Source: a virus
IMG/VR virus record: IMGVR_UViG_3300029515_000010
Span: 1 to 45,382 of that record
Length of the DNA stretch: 45,382 nt
Strand: one strand, 5' to 3'
Every line of letters begins with the position of its first letter. Positions within the stretch are counted from its first letter, which is position 1. The notes beneath the pieces were generated by a model. The model had not been told where the DNA came from. It was given only the letters and a program-made list of their open reading frames with translations, and made no database searches. The translations under genes were made by a program, and so were the position numbers. Below are positions 24,714 through 32,760 of this stretch, piece by piece.

Positions 24714-25625
24714 ATGCCAAAGTGGACAGATTATACTATAAAAACTACAGTAGCTGATAATGATGAGATTATGACACTTGATACGGCAGGAAAGGCAAAT
24801 AAACGCCTTTCGCTGTCTACTCTTTCAGACTGGGTACTTGGAAAAATTGCCGACAAAGTATTTGAGAAGCTTCAAACGAACGACAAAACAATTCTGGGAG
24901 CGATTAATGAATTAAATATTATTATTGGCGCAAATAACGCCGCAGCTCATAATTCTATCTATCGTGGCAAAAAACTAGGAACACAATTTACTGCGGAAAT
25001 GTCTGCCAATATTAAGAATGGTACATTTAAGGATTTATATTGTGGCGACTACCTTGTAATCAATGGAACTACATATAGATTCATGGATTTCGATTATTTA
25101 TACAAAACTGGTGATACATCTTTAGATACTCATCACATCTTAGTAGTTCCTGATGCACCAATGTACAATCATGTGATGAATGATACAAATACCACAGAGG
25201 GTGGTTATGTGGGTTCCAAGATGTATAAGTCTGGACTCGATCAAGCTCTTGCAAAGATTAAGGTGGACTTCGGTGAAGCTCACATTGTTACTTATAGAAA
25301 TTTATTAGTTAATACTGTCTCTAATGGTACTCCTAGCAACTGGGTTTGGCGTTCAAGACAGATTGACCTCATGAATGAAGAGATGGTTTATGGAACAAGA
25401 GCTTGGTCACAGGCTTCTCAGAATGGTTATGACACTGGTACAAATAAGTCTCAATTGGCAGCATTCAAACACAACCACTCTCTCATCTCATCTTGCAGAT
25501 CACAGTATTGGCTCAGGGCGGTTCAGTTCTCTACGCTTTTCTGCTTTGTGGACAGCCATGGTCATGCGAACAGCAACGGTGCTTCTAATTCTGGCGGGGT
25601 GCGCCCTTGGTTCCTTATCAGTTAA
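24714..25625 (+). CDS. Tail fibre / receptor-binding protein candidate
   Basis: 303 aa. The N-terminus MPKWTDYTIKTTVADNDEIMTLDTAGKANKRLSLSTL is typical of fibre anchors. It lies between the tail-tip protein and the lysin. Confidence 0.5.
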   Translation: MPKWTDYTIKTTVADNDEIMTLDTAGKANKRLSLSTLSDWVLGKIADKVFEKLQTNDKTILGAINELNIIIGANNAAAHNSIYRGKKLGTQFTAEMSANIKNGTFKDLYCGDYLVINGTTYRFMDFDYLYKTGDTSLDTHHILVVPDAPMYNHVMNDTNTTEGGYVGSKMYKSGLDQALAKIKVDFGEAHIVTYRNLLVNTVSNGTPSNWVWRSRQIDLMNEEMVYGTRAWSQASQNGYDTGTNKSQLAAFKHNHSLISSCRSQYWLRAVQFSTLFCFVDSHGHANSNGASNSGGVRPWFLIS

Positions 25626-25707
25626 GTGTAGCGAAGCGAAACGCAGTCTTAACGCTAAATGCTATAATCAGAATTAGGTAAGAATCTTTGCGAGAGGAGC
25701 GGGCAAC

Positions 25708-27135
25708 ATGACAACTGAACAAAAAAACGTCCTGAGAAAGATTATTTATGCAGTCGAAACCGGTGGACAGGTTTACGGACAGCAGGATTATTCGGACTTC
25801 ACAGAAGCTTACACCAATTCTTCTGAAGAACACGCAATTACAATCGGTGCAGGAGCATGGTACGCAACCGAAGCGCAAACGCTTTTAAAGCGGATTCATG
25901 ATGCAGATACGGAAGCATGGAACCGACTGGATAATATCGGATTATGGGAGCAGGTGCAGGAGGCAGATTGGTCTTGTTTTAATATTTCCAGAAACAGCCA
26001 GTTTGCAAATTTAATCGTACGGCTCATATCGTCCAAAACAGGCGTTAAATGCCAAGACGGCCTTATGGATGAACAATTAGCCACTTATGCAGATGAAGCC
26101 CTTAAACAGGGCGTTGCTGACGCCAGAGCACAAGCTATGTGTGTGAACTTTAGGCACCAAGGTGGGCAGGGAGCAGTAACGAGGATTCTGGCAAAGACTA
26201 AGAAACCATATACGCTCGATAATCTCTATGTAGCCTGCCAGACCGATACGGGAAACCAAGTCGGGGCATATAAGAGCCGGCAGAGATTTGTTTATAACGC
26301 ATTAAAGACATATTTCCCAGAAAGTGAGAATAAGGGCATGAACGCAATTGACAAATTAATCCAGATTGCAAAGAATGAAATTGGATATCTCGAAAAGGCA
26401 AGCAATAGTCAGCTTGATAGCAAGACAGCAAATGCAGGTTCCAATAACTATACAAAATATTGGAGAGATGTAAAGTCATCTTATCAAGGGCAGCCATGGT
26501 GTGCCGGCTTTGTGAGTTGGTGCTTCATGAAAGCTTTTGGACAGGAGAAAGCAAAGGAACTCTTAAAACACTGGCCTTATGTGTACTGTCCGACAATGGC
26601 GGATTTATTTACTTTGAACAGCAATCCAAAAGTTGGGGATATTGTTATTTTTTATAGAAACGGTGTGTTCGCGCACACCGGAATTGTAATTAAGGTGTCA
26701 GGAAATCGGTTCTGGACAGTCGAAGGGAATACTTCTGGTGGCTCTACAATTATCGCAAATGGTGGTGGAGTATGTCAGAAAAGCTACTACAACAGCAACC
26801 TTCCCGGAACAAAATTCTGCACTCCAAATTACAGTTTAGTTAAAAATACAACGTCAGTTTCAGGCTCAGATACAGTAAAAAAGCAGAACACCAGAGCCTA
26901 CATTGCGCAGATTAAAAAAGATACAAAATGTTATGCAAAATCAAGCAAAAATAGCCCATCTAAACTGTTTCCAAAGCTGAAAAAAGGTGCAGTTGTAGAG
27001 GTAATGAAGTACACAGAAACAGACAGTTCGGGATTGAAATGGTACTTCATACGCATCCCTTATCCAAATGATGATGGGTTCGTATTTGAGTTTGTCCCGA
27101 AGGGCGTATTTACCAGAATTTCAGAAATTTCATAA
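25708..27135 (+). CDS. Endolysin: N-terminal domain of unclear type, a CHAP domain and a C-terminal SH3-like wall-binding domain
   Basis: 475 aa. CHAP signature QGQPWCAGFVSWCF ... GDIVIFYRNGVFAHTGIV...WTVEGNTS. The C-terminus KKGAVVEVMKYTETDSSGLKWYFIRIP is SH3b-like. Confidence 0.8.
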   Translation: MTTEQKNVLRKIIYAVETGGQVYGQQDYSDFTEAYTNSSEEHAITIGAGAWYATEAQTLLKRIHDADTEAWNRLDNIGLWEQVQEADWSCFNISRNSQFANLIVRLISSKTGVKCQDGLMDEQLATYADEALKQGVADARAQAMCVNFRHQGGQGAVTRILAKTKKPYTLDNLYVACQTDTGNQVGAYKSRQRFVYNALKTYFPESENKGMNAIDKLIQIAKNEIGYLEKASNSQLDSKTANAGSNNYTKYWRDVKSSYQGQPWCAGFVSWCFMKAFGQEKAKELLKHWPYVYCPTMADLFTLNSNPKVGDIVIFYRNGVFAHTGIVIKVSGNRFWTVEGNTSGGSTIIANGGGVCQKSYYNSNLPGTKFCTPNYSLVKNTTSVSGSDTVKKQNTRAYIAQIKKDTKCYAKSSKNSPSKLFPKLKKGAVVEVMKYTETDSSGLKWYFIRIPYPNDDGFVFEFVPKGVFTRISEIS

Positions 27136-27144
27136 ACAAAAAAC

Positions 27145-27166
27145 TCCCGGGGATAGCGCCCCGGGA
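27145..27166. terminator. GC-rich hairpin after the endolysin gene
   Basis: TCCCGGGG (27145-27152) pairs with CCCCGGGA (27159-27166). An A-run lies upstream and only a weak T-tract downstream. Confidence 0.5.
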
Positions 27167-27373
27167 ATCATGTTTCTTATAACATATTGTATCATTTCGT
27201 TTTGTAAATCCTATTAGTTCGTTGGACACACGTTAGTCACAAATAAAAAAAATCATTTCATAATTAAATATCCTCTAAAGTACTGTATTTAAAGGACTTT
27301 CTGACATTTGCATAGTTCTAATTAATATCCTGATTGAATACAATTAGAATAATGAAAATGAAATGAGTGAATT

Positions 27374-27409
27374 CCTTGTAAAATCGCTGAGAATGTTGAT
27401 TTTACAAGG
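27374..27409 (-). terminator. 12-bp perfect inverted repeat downstream of int (int terminator and/or recombination-site element)
   Basis: CCTTGTAAAATC (27374-27385) pairs with GATTTTACAAGG (27398-27409). A T-rich tract follows on the minus strand. Confidence 0.45.
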
Positions 27410-27468
27410 GTTTCACGCGTTTTTATGTTCTGAATTGTGATTAATAAAATTGATAAAATAAGATTCCG

Positions 27469-28650
27469 TTAGTCACAGTTAGTCACAAATGGGACTTTTA
27501 TCTTTTCAATCTCTGTACGGAGTTCTTCCAATGTCCGGTGACCATAAACGGCGTTTGTAACATCACCGCCGAATGAATGGCCGAGCATCCGTTTTCGGTC
27601 GTTCTCCCGGACGCCGTATTTTTCGCACAGCGCAGAAAAGGTGTGTCGACAATCGTGCGGCGTGTGCTTCGGATCACCGACTATTCCTAAGCGTTCCAGT
27701 GTAGGATAGAACAACGCTTTTCTGTGATGCTGCTGAGTATATACGCATAGTTTTCCATCTTGTGTCAGTACTTTCTGTTCGACAAAACGGTATATAGCGG
27801 GATGTATCGGAACAATTCTGTTTTTACCGGCTTTTGTTTTGATGCCGCCTTGAAAGTATCCTTCTTCTAAGTTGGTCGTAAGTTTTAGCACTTCACCGAT
27901 TCTCCAGCCGGAGTAACACATAATAAGAATGAGCTGCACTTCTGGATCGTCGGTATTATTCCACAGCACTTGCATTTCCTGATCAGAAAAGGGTGTTCCA
28001 TGTTCGGTGTCATTATCAGCATTGACATGGACATATAACGCCTTATTTTCCGTTACGATTTCTGAGTAAACAGCATATTTATACATCTGCTTGAACAGCG
28101 TAAGGATCGCCATAAGACTCTGACGTTTTAACGGGCAGTCATCAATGACTTTTTGCAGATCAGGTGCTTTTAAATCCTCGAATACACGATTATACAGAGC
28201 CGTGCAGTTTGAGTAAGCGGTCTGGTAAGCTATCTTTGAGCTATAAGAAAGTTTTGAACCCTCCGGAAACTTCCATGCGTAAAACTTCTCATATACCTCT
28301 GAAAACGTCAATTTCTTGATTTCCGGGTGTTTATCCTCGACACCCTTGATTGTATTGTAGTCAGCGATCAAACGAGTAACAAGGGTATCTACGTCCGTTG
28401 TAGGTGATATCTCAAGGTCTCGTTCCATCCCTGGCTGATATGTTCCTGCCTTGTATGCGGTCAGTACAGTAAATCCTTTAATCCAGTCGTCTACATAGCA
28501 GATTGCAGGCGGTCGGACGGGCTTTCCGGTCTTTTCATCCAGCACTGCCGGAGGATGGACCGCAAACGGATTTCTGCGATTGCCGCCCAGGTACCGTATT
28601 GTTCCGAAACTGTTAGGGAGTTTCGGGTATTTCTTTCTTTTCTTCGCCAT
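27469..28650 (-). CDS. int: Tyrosine integrase
   Basis: 393 aa. C-terminal catalytic region SGWRIGEV ... HDCRHTF ... MLGHS ... VYGHRT (R, HxxR, H and Y residues). Confidence 0.9.
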   Translation of the reverse strand: MAKKRKKYPKLPNSFGTIRYLGGNRRNPFAVHPPAVLDEKTGKPVRPPAICYVDDWIKGFTVLTAYKAGTYQPGMERDLEISPTTDVDTLVTRLIADYNTIKGVEDKHPEIKKLTFSEVYEKFYAWKFPEGSKLSYSSKIAYQTAYSNCTALYNRVFEDLKAPDLQKVIDDCPLKRQSLMAILTLFKQMYKYAVYSEIVTENKALYVHVNADNDTEHGTPFSDQEMQVLWNNTDDPEVQLILIMCYSGWRIGEVLKLTTNLEEGYFQGGIKTKAGKNRIVPIHPAIYRFVEQKVLTQDGKLCVYTQQHHRKALFYPTLERLGIVGDPKHTPHDCRHTFSALCEKYGVRENDRKRMLGHSFGGDVTNAVYGHRTLEELRTEIEKIKVPFVTNCD

Positions 28651-28820
28651 TTTTATTCCCTCTTTCTGTAGCTGTATTTAGGTATAAAAATAACAGCCGA
28701 ACAAACTTTCTGACTTGCCCGACTGCTCCGAAGATGATACAATATGTTTTGCCAGAATATTACATTTCTTCGGAGATGTATAAACGCCACCTCGGTACGC
28801 TAATGCCGGGGTGGTTTTTA

Positions 28821-29120
28821 TTAATTATGCGATTTCCAATTGACTCTCATTACAATTCCTACAATCCAATAAATTCCACCAGTGAAGATTCCTAAAATGA
28901 AAATCCAAAACCAACTTAAATACCATGGCATTTTCCGTCTTATATATGGCGTACCTGAACTTGCCGCTGAGGACGCAGAGGAAGACGCAGAATTGTTAAT
29001 GACGATGTCTCTGTTGTTAGAAGTCAACTGCTCTACTTGCTTTCCGCACTTAGGACACACTACGCAGTCGTCGTCGATAAGTTCTCCGCAGTGCTTACAA
29101 TATTTTTTCTTTTCATTCAT
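28821..29120 (-). CDS. Zinc-ribbon membrane protein (lysogeny-module moron)
   Basis: 99 aa from ATG 29120 (GGGAGGGTG 6 nt upstream). CKHCG...CPKCG, a Ser-rich linker, then a hydrophobic C-terminus WYLSWFWIFILGIFTGGIYWIVGIV. Confidence 0.6.
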   Translation of the reverse strand: MNEKKKYCKHCGELIDDDCVVCPKCGKQVEQLTSNNRDIVINNSASSSASSAASSGTPYIRRKMPWYLSWFWIFILGIFTGGIYWIVGIVMRVNWKSHN

Positions 29121-29171
29121 GATAAACACCCTCCCGATATGTTTTCACCACGTTTCGCACTTTCCATGCGG

Positions 29172-29201
29172 ATTATGTATTTTGTACCGCTGATTTTGCA
29201 A
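29172..29201 (-). promoter_or_regulatory. Candidate promoter for the Zn-ribbon membrane gene
   Basis: The minus strand reads TTGCAA (29201-29196), an 18-nt spacer, then CATAAT (29177-29172). Confidence 0.35.
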
Positions 29202-29349
29202 TATTATGTAAAGTACGGTTATTCGTGGTATTTTTATTTTATCATTTTAAGAGCATATTGTAAAGATTTAGAATGAAATAGAGTGATTTAGATGAAAAAG
29301 AAATGTTTTTTTCTATAAAATAGTGAAAGTTCATGTATATCATTGGCAG

Positions 29350-29378
29350 TTGCCAAGAGTCGGAATAGGTGGTATAAT
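29350..29378 (+). promoter_or_regulatory. Strong sigma-70-type promoter
   Basis: TTGCCA (29350-29355), a 17-nt spacer, then TATAAT (29373-29378). Confidence 0.7.
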
Positions 29379-29386
29379 AGCAAAAG

Positions 29387-29400
29387 CGAACTAATGTTCG
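29387..29400. promoter_or_regulatory. Perfect LexA (Cheo / SOS) box CGAACTAATGTTCG
   Basis: Exact match to the Gram-positive LexA consensus CGAAC-N4-GTTCG. It starts 9 nt after the -10, so it covers the predicted transcription start. Confidence 0.7.
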
Positions 29401-29466
29401 GTTCTATTTCCCACAGCCGAACATATACTGTAGTGTAGGTGGTAGTTGTGACAGGGAGGGTTATTT

Positions 29467-29565
29467 ATGGATTATAAGAAAGAAATTATTGAAATGATAC
29501 AAAAGATAGAAAACAGATGTTGGCTGAGGTCAATATACATTTTCATAAAAACATTAATCGGTTAA
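29467..29565 (+). CDS. 32-aa ORF downstream of the SOS-box promoter
   Basis: MDYKKEIIEMIQKIENRCWLRSIYIFIKTLIG. GGGAGGG RBS 7 nt upstream. A terminator follows. Confidence 0.5.
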   Translation: MDYKKEIIEMIQKIENRCWLRSIYIFIKTLIG

Positions 29566-29573
29566 AAAGAAAA

Positions 29574-29607
29574 GCCAAGGGTTTGCGCATTGCCCTTGGC
29601 TATTTTC
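29574..29607. terminator. Bidirectional terminator between the small ORF and the convergent repressor gene
   Basis: GCCAAGGG (29574-29581) pairs with CCCTTGGC (29593-29600). An A-run lies upstream and TATTTTCT downstream. Confidence 0.7.
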
Positions 29608-29979
29608 TCATTTCTTTTCGTAAATCGTGTCTAGGAGCTTTTCTAAGTTATCCCATCCAGAATCATCCAGCTTTGCTAGAGCATTGATGAGACGGTATTT
29701 AAAATCATCATCACTAGACTTTAGAACATTTCCGAACAACTTAGAAATTTCATCGTTTTTGTTCTCTGGTTGAAACGGTTCTCCAGTTCCATTCCTTAAC
29801 CATTCTTCGTTTACAGAACATTTCTCGCAGATTAATTGAATTACTGCGTCTGTAGGAGTTCTTCTTCCAGTTTCATAACTAGATAAATTTGCCTTTGGTA
29901 TTCCCAAAAAGCTTGCAAATAAATCTTGACTCTTCCAATTAGGATTAGAATTTCTTATTTGCTTTATTCTGTTTTTCAA
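29608..29979 (-). CDS. CI-like repressor (XRE HTH, no S24 peptidase domain)
   Basis: 123 aa from TTG 29979 (GGAGG 8 nt upstream; the track start GTG 29988 overlaps the RBS). HTH QDLFASFLGIPKANLSSYETGRRTPT. Divergent from the early operon. Confidence 0.8.
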   Translation of the reverse strand: MKNRIKQIRNSNPNWKSQDLFASFLGIPKANLSSYETGRRTPTDAVIQLICEKCSVNEEWLRNGTGEPFQPENKNDEISKLFGNVLKSSDDDFKYRLINALAKLDDSGWDNLEKLLDTIYEKK

Positions 29980-30003
29980 TTCGTACACCTCCTTTCAAAT
30001 AAG

Positions 30004-30032
30004 ATTATACACCACATAATTAAAAAAGTAAA
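30004..30032 (-). promoter_or_regulatory. Candidate repressor-maintenance promoter
   Basis: The minus strand reads TTTACT (30032-30027), a 17-nt spacer, then TATAAT (30009-30004). Confidence 0.35.
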
Positions 30033-30041
30033 TAATAAAAA

Positions 30042-30113
30042 TTGTACAATGTACAAAAATAGTGCTTGACAAAAGTTGTACATAGTATTATATTAAGAGT
30101 GTACAAAGTACAA
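30042..30113 (+). promoter_or_regulatory. Early rightward promoter with three TTGTACA-type operator sites
   Basis: O1 is a perfect palindrome TTGTACA-A-TGTACAA (30042-30056). TTGACA (30066-30071), 17 nt, TATATT (30089-30094). An O2 half-site TTGTACA (30076-30082) lies in the spacer. O3 is GTGTACAAAGTACAA (30099-30113). Confidence 0.65.
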
Positions 30114-30134
30114 CAAAGGAGGTGAAAAAAAACA

Positions 30135-30494
30135 GTGAAGCGCAAGAAAAAAGAAATCGACAAAACAATTTCTGACCTGTGGAATCGTATCTGGGATTTG
30201 CAAGACCAGACAAACAAAATCAAGAAAGCAGTTCTGACAGGTGAAAAAGGTGATTTAAAGATGCCAGAAAGAAGGATTGTTCCTCCAGATGAGCCTATTC
30301 CGTTTGGCGGGGCAGTAGATATGGACTGTATCTTTGAGAAAGAACCATGTGAACAGGTAGACGTTGAATTTACAGTGAAAGAAACTTTGCAAATGTATTC
30401 ACATTATGTAGATTCATTGTCTACCGATACACATGTATTGGGAGTTATTGCAATAGTTTCTCTAATAATTGCAATAGTGGCTCTGCTTGTATAG
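30135..30494 (+). CDS. Tail-anchored membrane protein, first gene of the early operon (not Cro-like)
   Basis: 119 aa. GTG start 10 nt after GGAGGTG. C-terminal hydrophobic VLGVIAIVSLIIAIVALLV. Confidence 0.55.
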   Translation: MKRKKKEIDKTISDLWNRIWDLQDQTNKIKKAVLTGEKGDLKMPERRIVPPDEPIPFGGAVDMDCIFEKEPCEQVDVEFTVKETLQMYSHYVDSLSTDTHVLGVIAIVSLIIAIVALLV

Positions 30495-30756
30495 AAATTG
30501 AGAAAAGACTGGTAATCAGCGCAATGATTGACAGAATAGTTGTTATCCAAAATCTGGATATATCTTGAAAATATGCTTTCATGGCGACTTCACCCGCTTG
30601 TGTGATTTCATATGCGTGGTCTTGCGACCTTGAACGCATAAAGCACTTTTTACTGAAAAGGTATCTGCAAGCATCTGCTTCACGCTGATTACTAGGAGTA
30701 AATCCACAATTTCTTAAAGCTTTTTTCAATATTTTATATTGATATCTTGTTATCAA
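30445..30756 (-). CDS. Reverse-strand membrane-anchored protein embedded in the early operon
   Basis: 103 aa. TTG start 5-6 nt after GGAGGTG. It contains the hydrophobic segment ITTILSIIALITSLFSI. The 3' end overlaps the convergent gene by 50 nt. Confidence 0.55.
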   Translation of the reverse strand: MITRYQYKILKKALRNCGFTPSNQREADACRYLFSKKCFMRSRSQDHAYEITQAGEVAMKAYFQDISRFWITTILSIIALITSLFSISIQAEPLLQLLEKLLQ

Positions 30757-30778
30757 ATGAACACCTCCTTTACAGGAG

Positions 30779-30787
30779 AGTATATCA
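30779..30787 (-). promoter_or_regulatory. Possible extended -10 (TGATATACT) for the reverse-strand membrane gene
   Basis: The reverse complement of 30779-30787 reads TGATATACT, just upstream of the RBS. Confidence 0.3.
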
Positions 30788-30806
30788 CAAGAAAAGAGGT
30801 GCGTAT

Positions 30807-30965
30807 ATGTCAGAAAAAGAAAAAAGAATCGTTGAAAAGCTGAAAGAAGCGATTCCTAATATGTCAGAATTTGACAAAGGATATATTCTCGGTAAGACGG
30901 AAAGCTTTTCCGAGAATAATCTGGAGAAAAAATCAGATAAGAAAGAAGTAGTTAATTCAAATTAG
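30807..30965 (+). CDS. Hypothetical small protein
   Basis: 52 aa from ATG 30807 (AAGAGGTG RBS). MSEKEKRIVEKLKEAIPNMSEFDKGYILGK. Confidence 0.5.
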   Translation: MSEKEKRIVEKLKEAIPNMSEFDKGYILGKTESFSENNLEKKSDKKEVVNSN

Positions 30966-30976
30966 AAAGGAGAAAC

Positions 30977-31669
30977 ATGAACGAATTACAGATTTTTAAT
31001 TCAGAAGAGTTCGGGGACATCCGAACAGCAGAAATTGACGGGAAACCGTATTTTGTTGGAGCTGACGTTGCGAAAGCTCTTGGCTACAAGGACACGGTTA
31101 ATGCACTTAAACAGCATTGCCGTGGGGTGGTAAAACACCACCTCACAGATTCTCTCGGCAGGAATCAGGAAGCGAGTTTCATAACAGAGGGAGATTTGTA
31201 CCGCTTGATTATGAAATCGAAACTTCCATCGGCAGAGAAATTCGAATCATGGGTTATGGATGAAGTTCTTCCAACAATCAGAAAGACAGGCTCATACCAG
31301 AAGCCACTGACGACAGTTGAACAGATACAGGTTATTGCGACAGGATTCTTAGATCACGAAGAGCGGCTTAACAGACTTGAAAATACTATGACTATTGACT
31401 ACGCACAGCAGGAATCTATTAGAGACTTAGTGTCAAGTGTCGTAATTGCTCACCTTGGTGGGAAAGAGTCAAATGCTTACAAGGAAATTGGCAAGAAAGT
31501 ATTTGCTGAATGCAACAGGGATATAAAGACTTACTTCGCAGTAAACGCCCGTAATAACATCCCTAAGCTGAGATTTGAAGAATCTATGGAATATGTCAGA
31601 AATTGGCATCCATGCACTAATACAGTAATGATGATACGTGACTGTAATGCTCAAATGAGTATCAGTTAG
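30977..31669 (+). CDS. Antirepressor (Bro-N domain plus ORF6C-like C-terminal domain)
   Basis: 230 aa. LQIFNSEEFGDIRTAEIDGKPYFVGADVAKALGYKDTVNALKQHC...SEKFESWVMDEVLPTIRKTGSY is a classic Bro-N / P22 Ant-like N-terminus. Confidence 0.85.
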   Translation: MNELQIFNSEEFGDIRTAEIDGKPYFVGADVAKALGYKDTVNALKQHCRGVVKHHLTDSLGRNQEASFITEGDLYRLIMKSKLPSAEKFESWVMDEVLPTIRKTGSYQKPLTTVEQIQVIATGFLDHEERLNRLENTMTIDYAQQESIRDLVSSVVIAHLGGKESNAYKEIGKKVFAECNRDIKTYFAVNARNNIPKLRFEESMEYVRNWHPCTNTVMMIRDCNAQMSIS

Positions 31670-31682
31670 AAAAGAGGTTTAT

Positions 31683-32012
31683 ATGAGTGCAGTTGATAAT
31701 TACATAGAGCAGAATGCACAGGTTCATCAATTTGCCGAAGAAGTCGCGAGAATCATTTCCGGCATTCCACAGATGCCAGAGTTCTCAAACGAACGCCTGA
31801 CAGTATCAGATGTGAGTAAAATGACAGGCATTCCTACACCATCTGTCAGAGCAGGAATCATCTATGGATGGTTGCCTATCGGTACGGCGTATCGTGGGAA
31901 TAAAGTGATTCACGACAGAAAAGGTTCTGGAAGAATAGAATTTGTTATCTCTCCAAGAAAACTCTGGGAAGAAACAGGATATGTCTGGAGAGGGAAAGAA
32001 GCATTAAAGTGA
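31683..32012 (+). CDS. Putative DNA-binding protein (excisionase / HTH_17-like)
   Basis: 109 aa. LTVSDVSKMTGIPTPSVRAGIIYGWLPIG resembles excisionase-type HTH, a weak match. Confidence 0.35.
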   Translation: MSAVDNYIEQNAQVHQFAEEVARIISGIPQMPEFSNERLTVSDVSKMTGIPTPSVRAGIIYGWLPIGTAYRGNKVIHDRKGSGRIEFVISPRKLWEETGYVWRGKEALK

Positions 32013-32144
32013 TAGTGCCCCGGAGGGAGCTGATACCTCCACCCCGGAGCGTTGCACCAACTAAACCACACTTAGTAGGTACAGGTTAATTATAACTTCG
32101 TATCTGCTAATTGTAAATACCAAAAAAGGAGAAATTAGCACGAT

Positions 32145-32330
32145 ATGAGCAGAAATAGCACAAATAAATGTGAAAATGTTCCGACATGGGACGAACTTGA
32201 GTTCATTCTTGCGACAGAAATTGTCGAAGAAAGTAGAAAAAAAGCAAGAAAATGGTTTATTGCATGGTTGGTCGCAACTGCCGCACTGGTAGCAAGCAAT
32301 CTGGCGTGGATTATGGGAGAAATGAAATGA
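32145..32330 (+). CDS. Small membrane protein
   Basis: 61 aa with C-terminal hydrophobic WFIAWLVATAALVASNLAWI. Confidence 0.45.
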   Translation: MSRNSTNKCENVPTWDELEFILATEIVEESRKKARKWFIAWLVATAALVASNLAWIMGEMK

Positions 32331-32458
32331 AAGAGTATACGCTAATTGCTGTCTGTATGCTTGCCGGGAAATATGTGGATATACCTATCTGGCTGAACAT
32401 CTTTTTTGGCATCTCGGCAGCATGGGCGGTTCACCAGATGAAAGCAGACTGGCAGTAG
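32327..32458 (+). CDS. Small membrane protein
   Basis: 43 aa from the ATG in an ATGA overlap with the upstream stop. Two hydrophobic stretches. Confidence 0.4.
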   Translation: MKEYTLIAVCMLAGKYVDIPIWLNIFFGISAAWAVHQMKADWQ

Positions 32459-32478
32459 AGAATAAGGAGGATAAGAAG

Positions 32479-32760
32479 ATGTTCGAGAAAGAGATTGATG
32501 AAATTTATGGACTCTGTAAAAGAGTTGTGAATGAAGTTCCGACAGCAAATGTCACATTCGATTTTTCAGGCTACGGCTTGGAGGTAAGAGGGCTTAAAAG
32601 AAAAGAAGACATTGAGCTTCCTAAAGGTGTGTTTAAGTGGGACTTATATCGGAATGTATCCTTTAGTTCTTTTTTTGAGAAAGAAAGCCGTGAAAGTCTC
32701 AAAGTAATCAAAACTTTCTTGCTGGAACTTCTGATAGATGGGAAGTGTCCAAATGAGTAA
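32479..32760 (+). CDS. Hypothetical protein
   Basis: 93 aa from ATG 32479 (AAGGAGG RBS). Confidence 0.5.
   Translation: MFEKEIDEIYGLCKRVVNEVPTANVTFDFSGYGLEVRGLKRKEDIELPKGVFKWDLYRNVSFSSFFEKESRESLKVIKTFLLELLIDGKCPNE

Noticed and set aside
19731-25625. A diversity-generating retroelement targeting the tail fibre genes.
   Set aside because: No reverse transcriptase gene is present anywhere in the window, and I saw no template/variable repeat pair with adenine-specific differences.
25375-25878. ORFs 25375..25677 (+) and 25618..25878 (-) around the fibre and endolysin junction.
   Set aside because: They overlap better-supported genes out of frame or antisense, and have no RBS.
28787-28820. Hairpin CCACCTCGG...CCGGGGTGG followed by TTTTTATT on the plus strand, just downstream of the Zn-ribbon membrane gene.
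   Set aside because: It could terminate antisense or plus-strand read-through. For the minus-strand gene it follows, the trailing U-tract is poor. The orientation and function are ambiguous, so it was not listed as a feature.
30020-30223. A 67-aa reverse ORF across the repressor and early-promoter intergenic region.
   Set aside because: It covers the operators and promoters, is AT-rich and hydrophobic by composition, and has no RBS.
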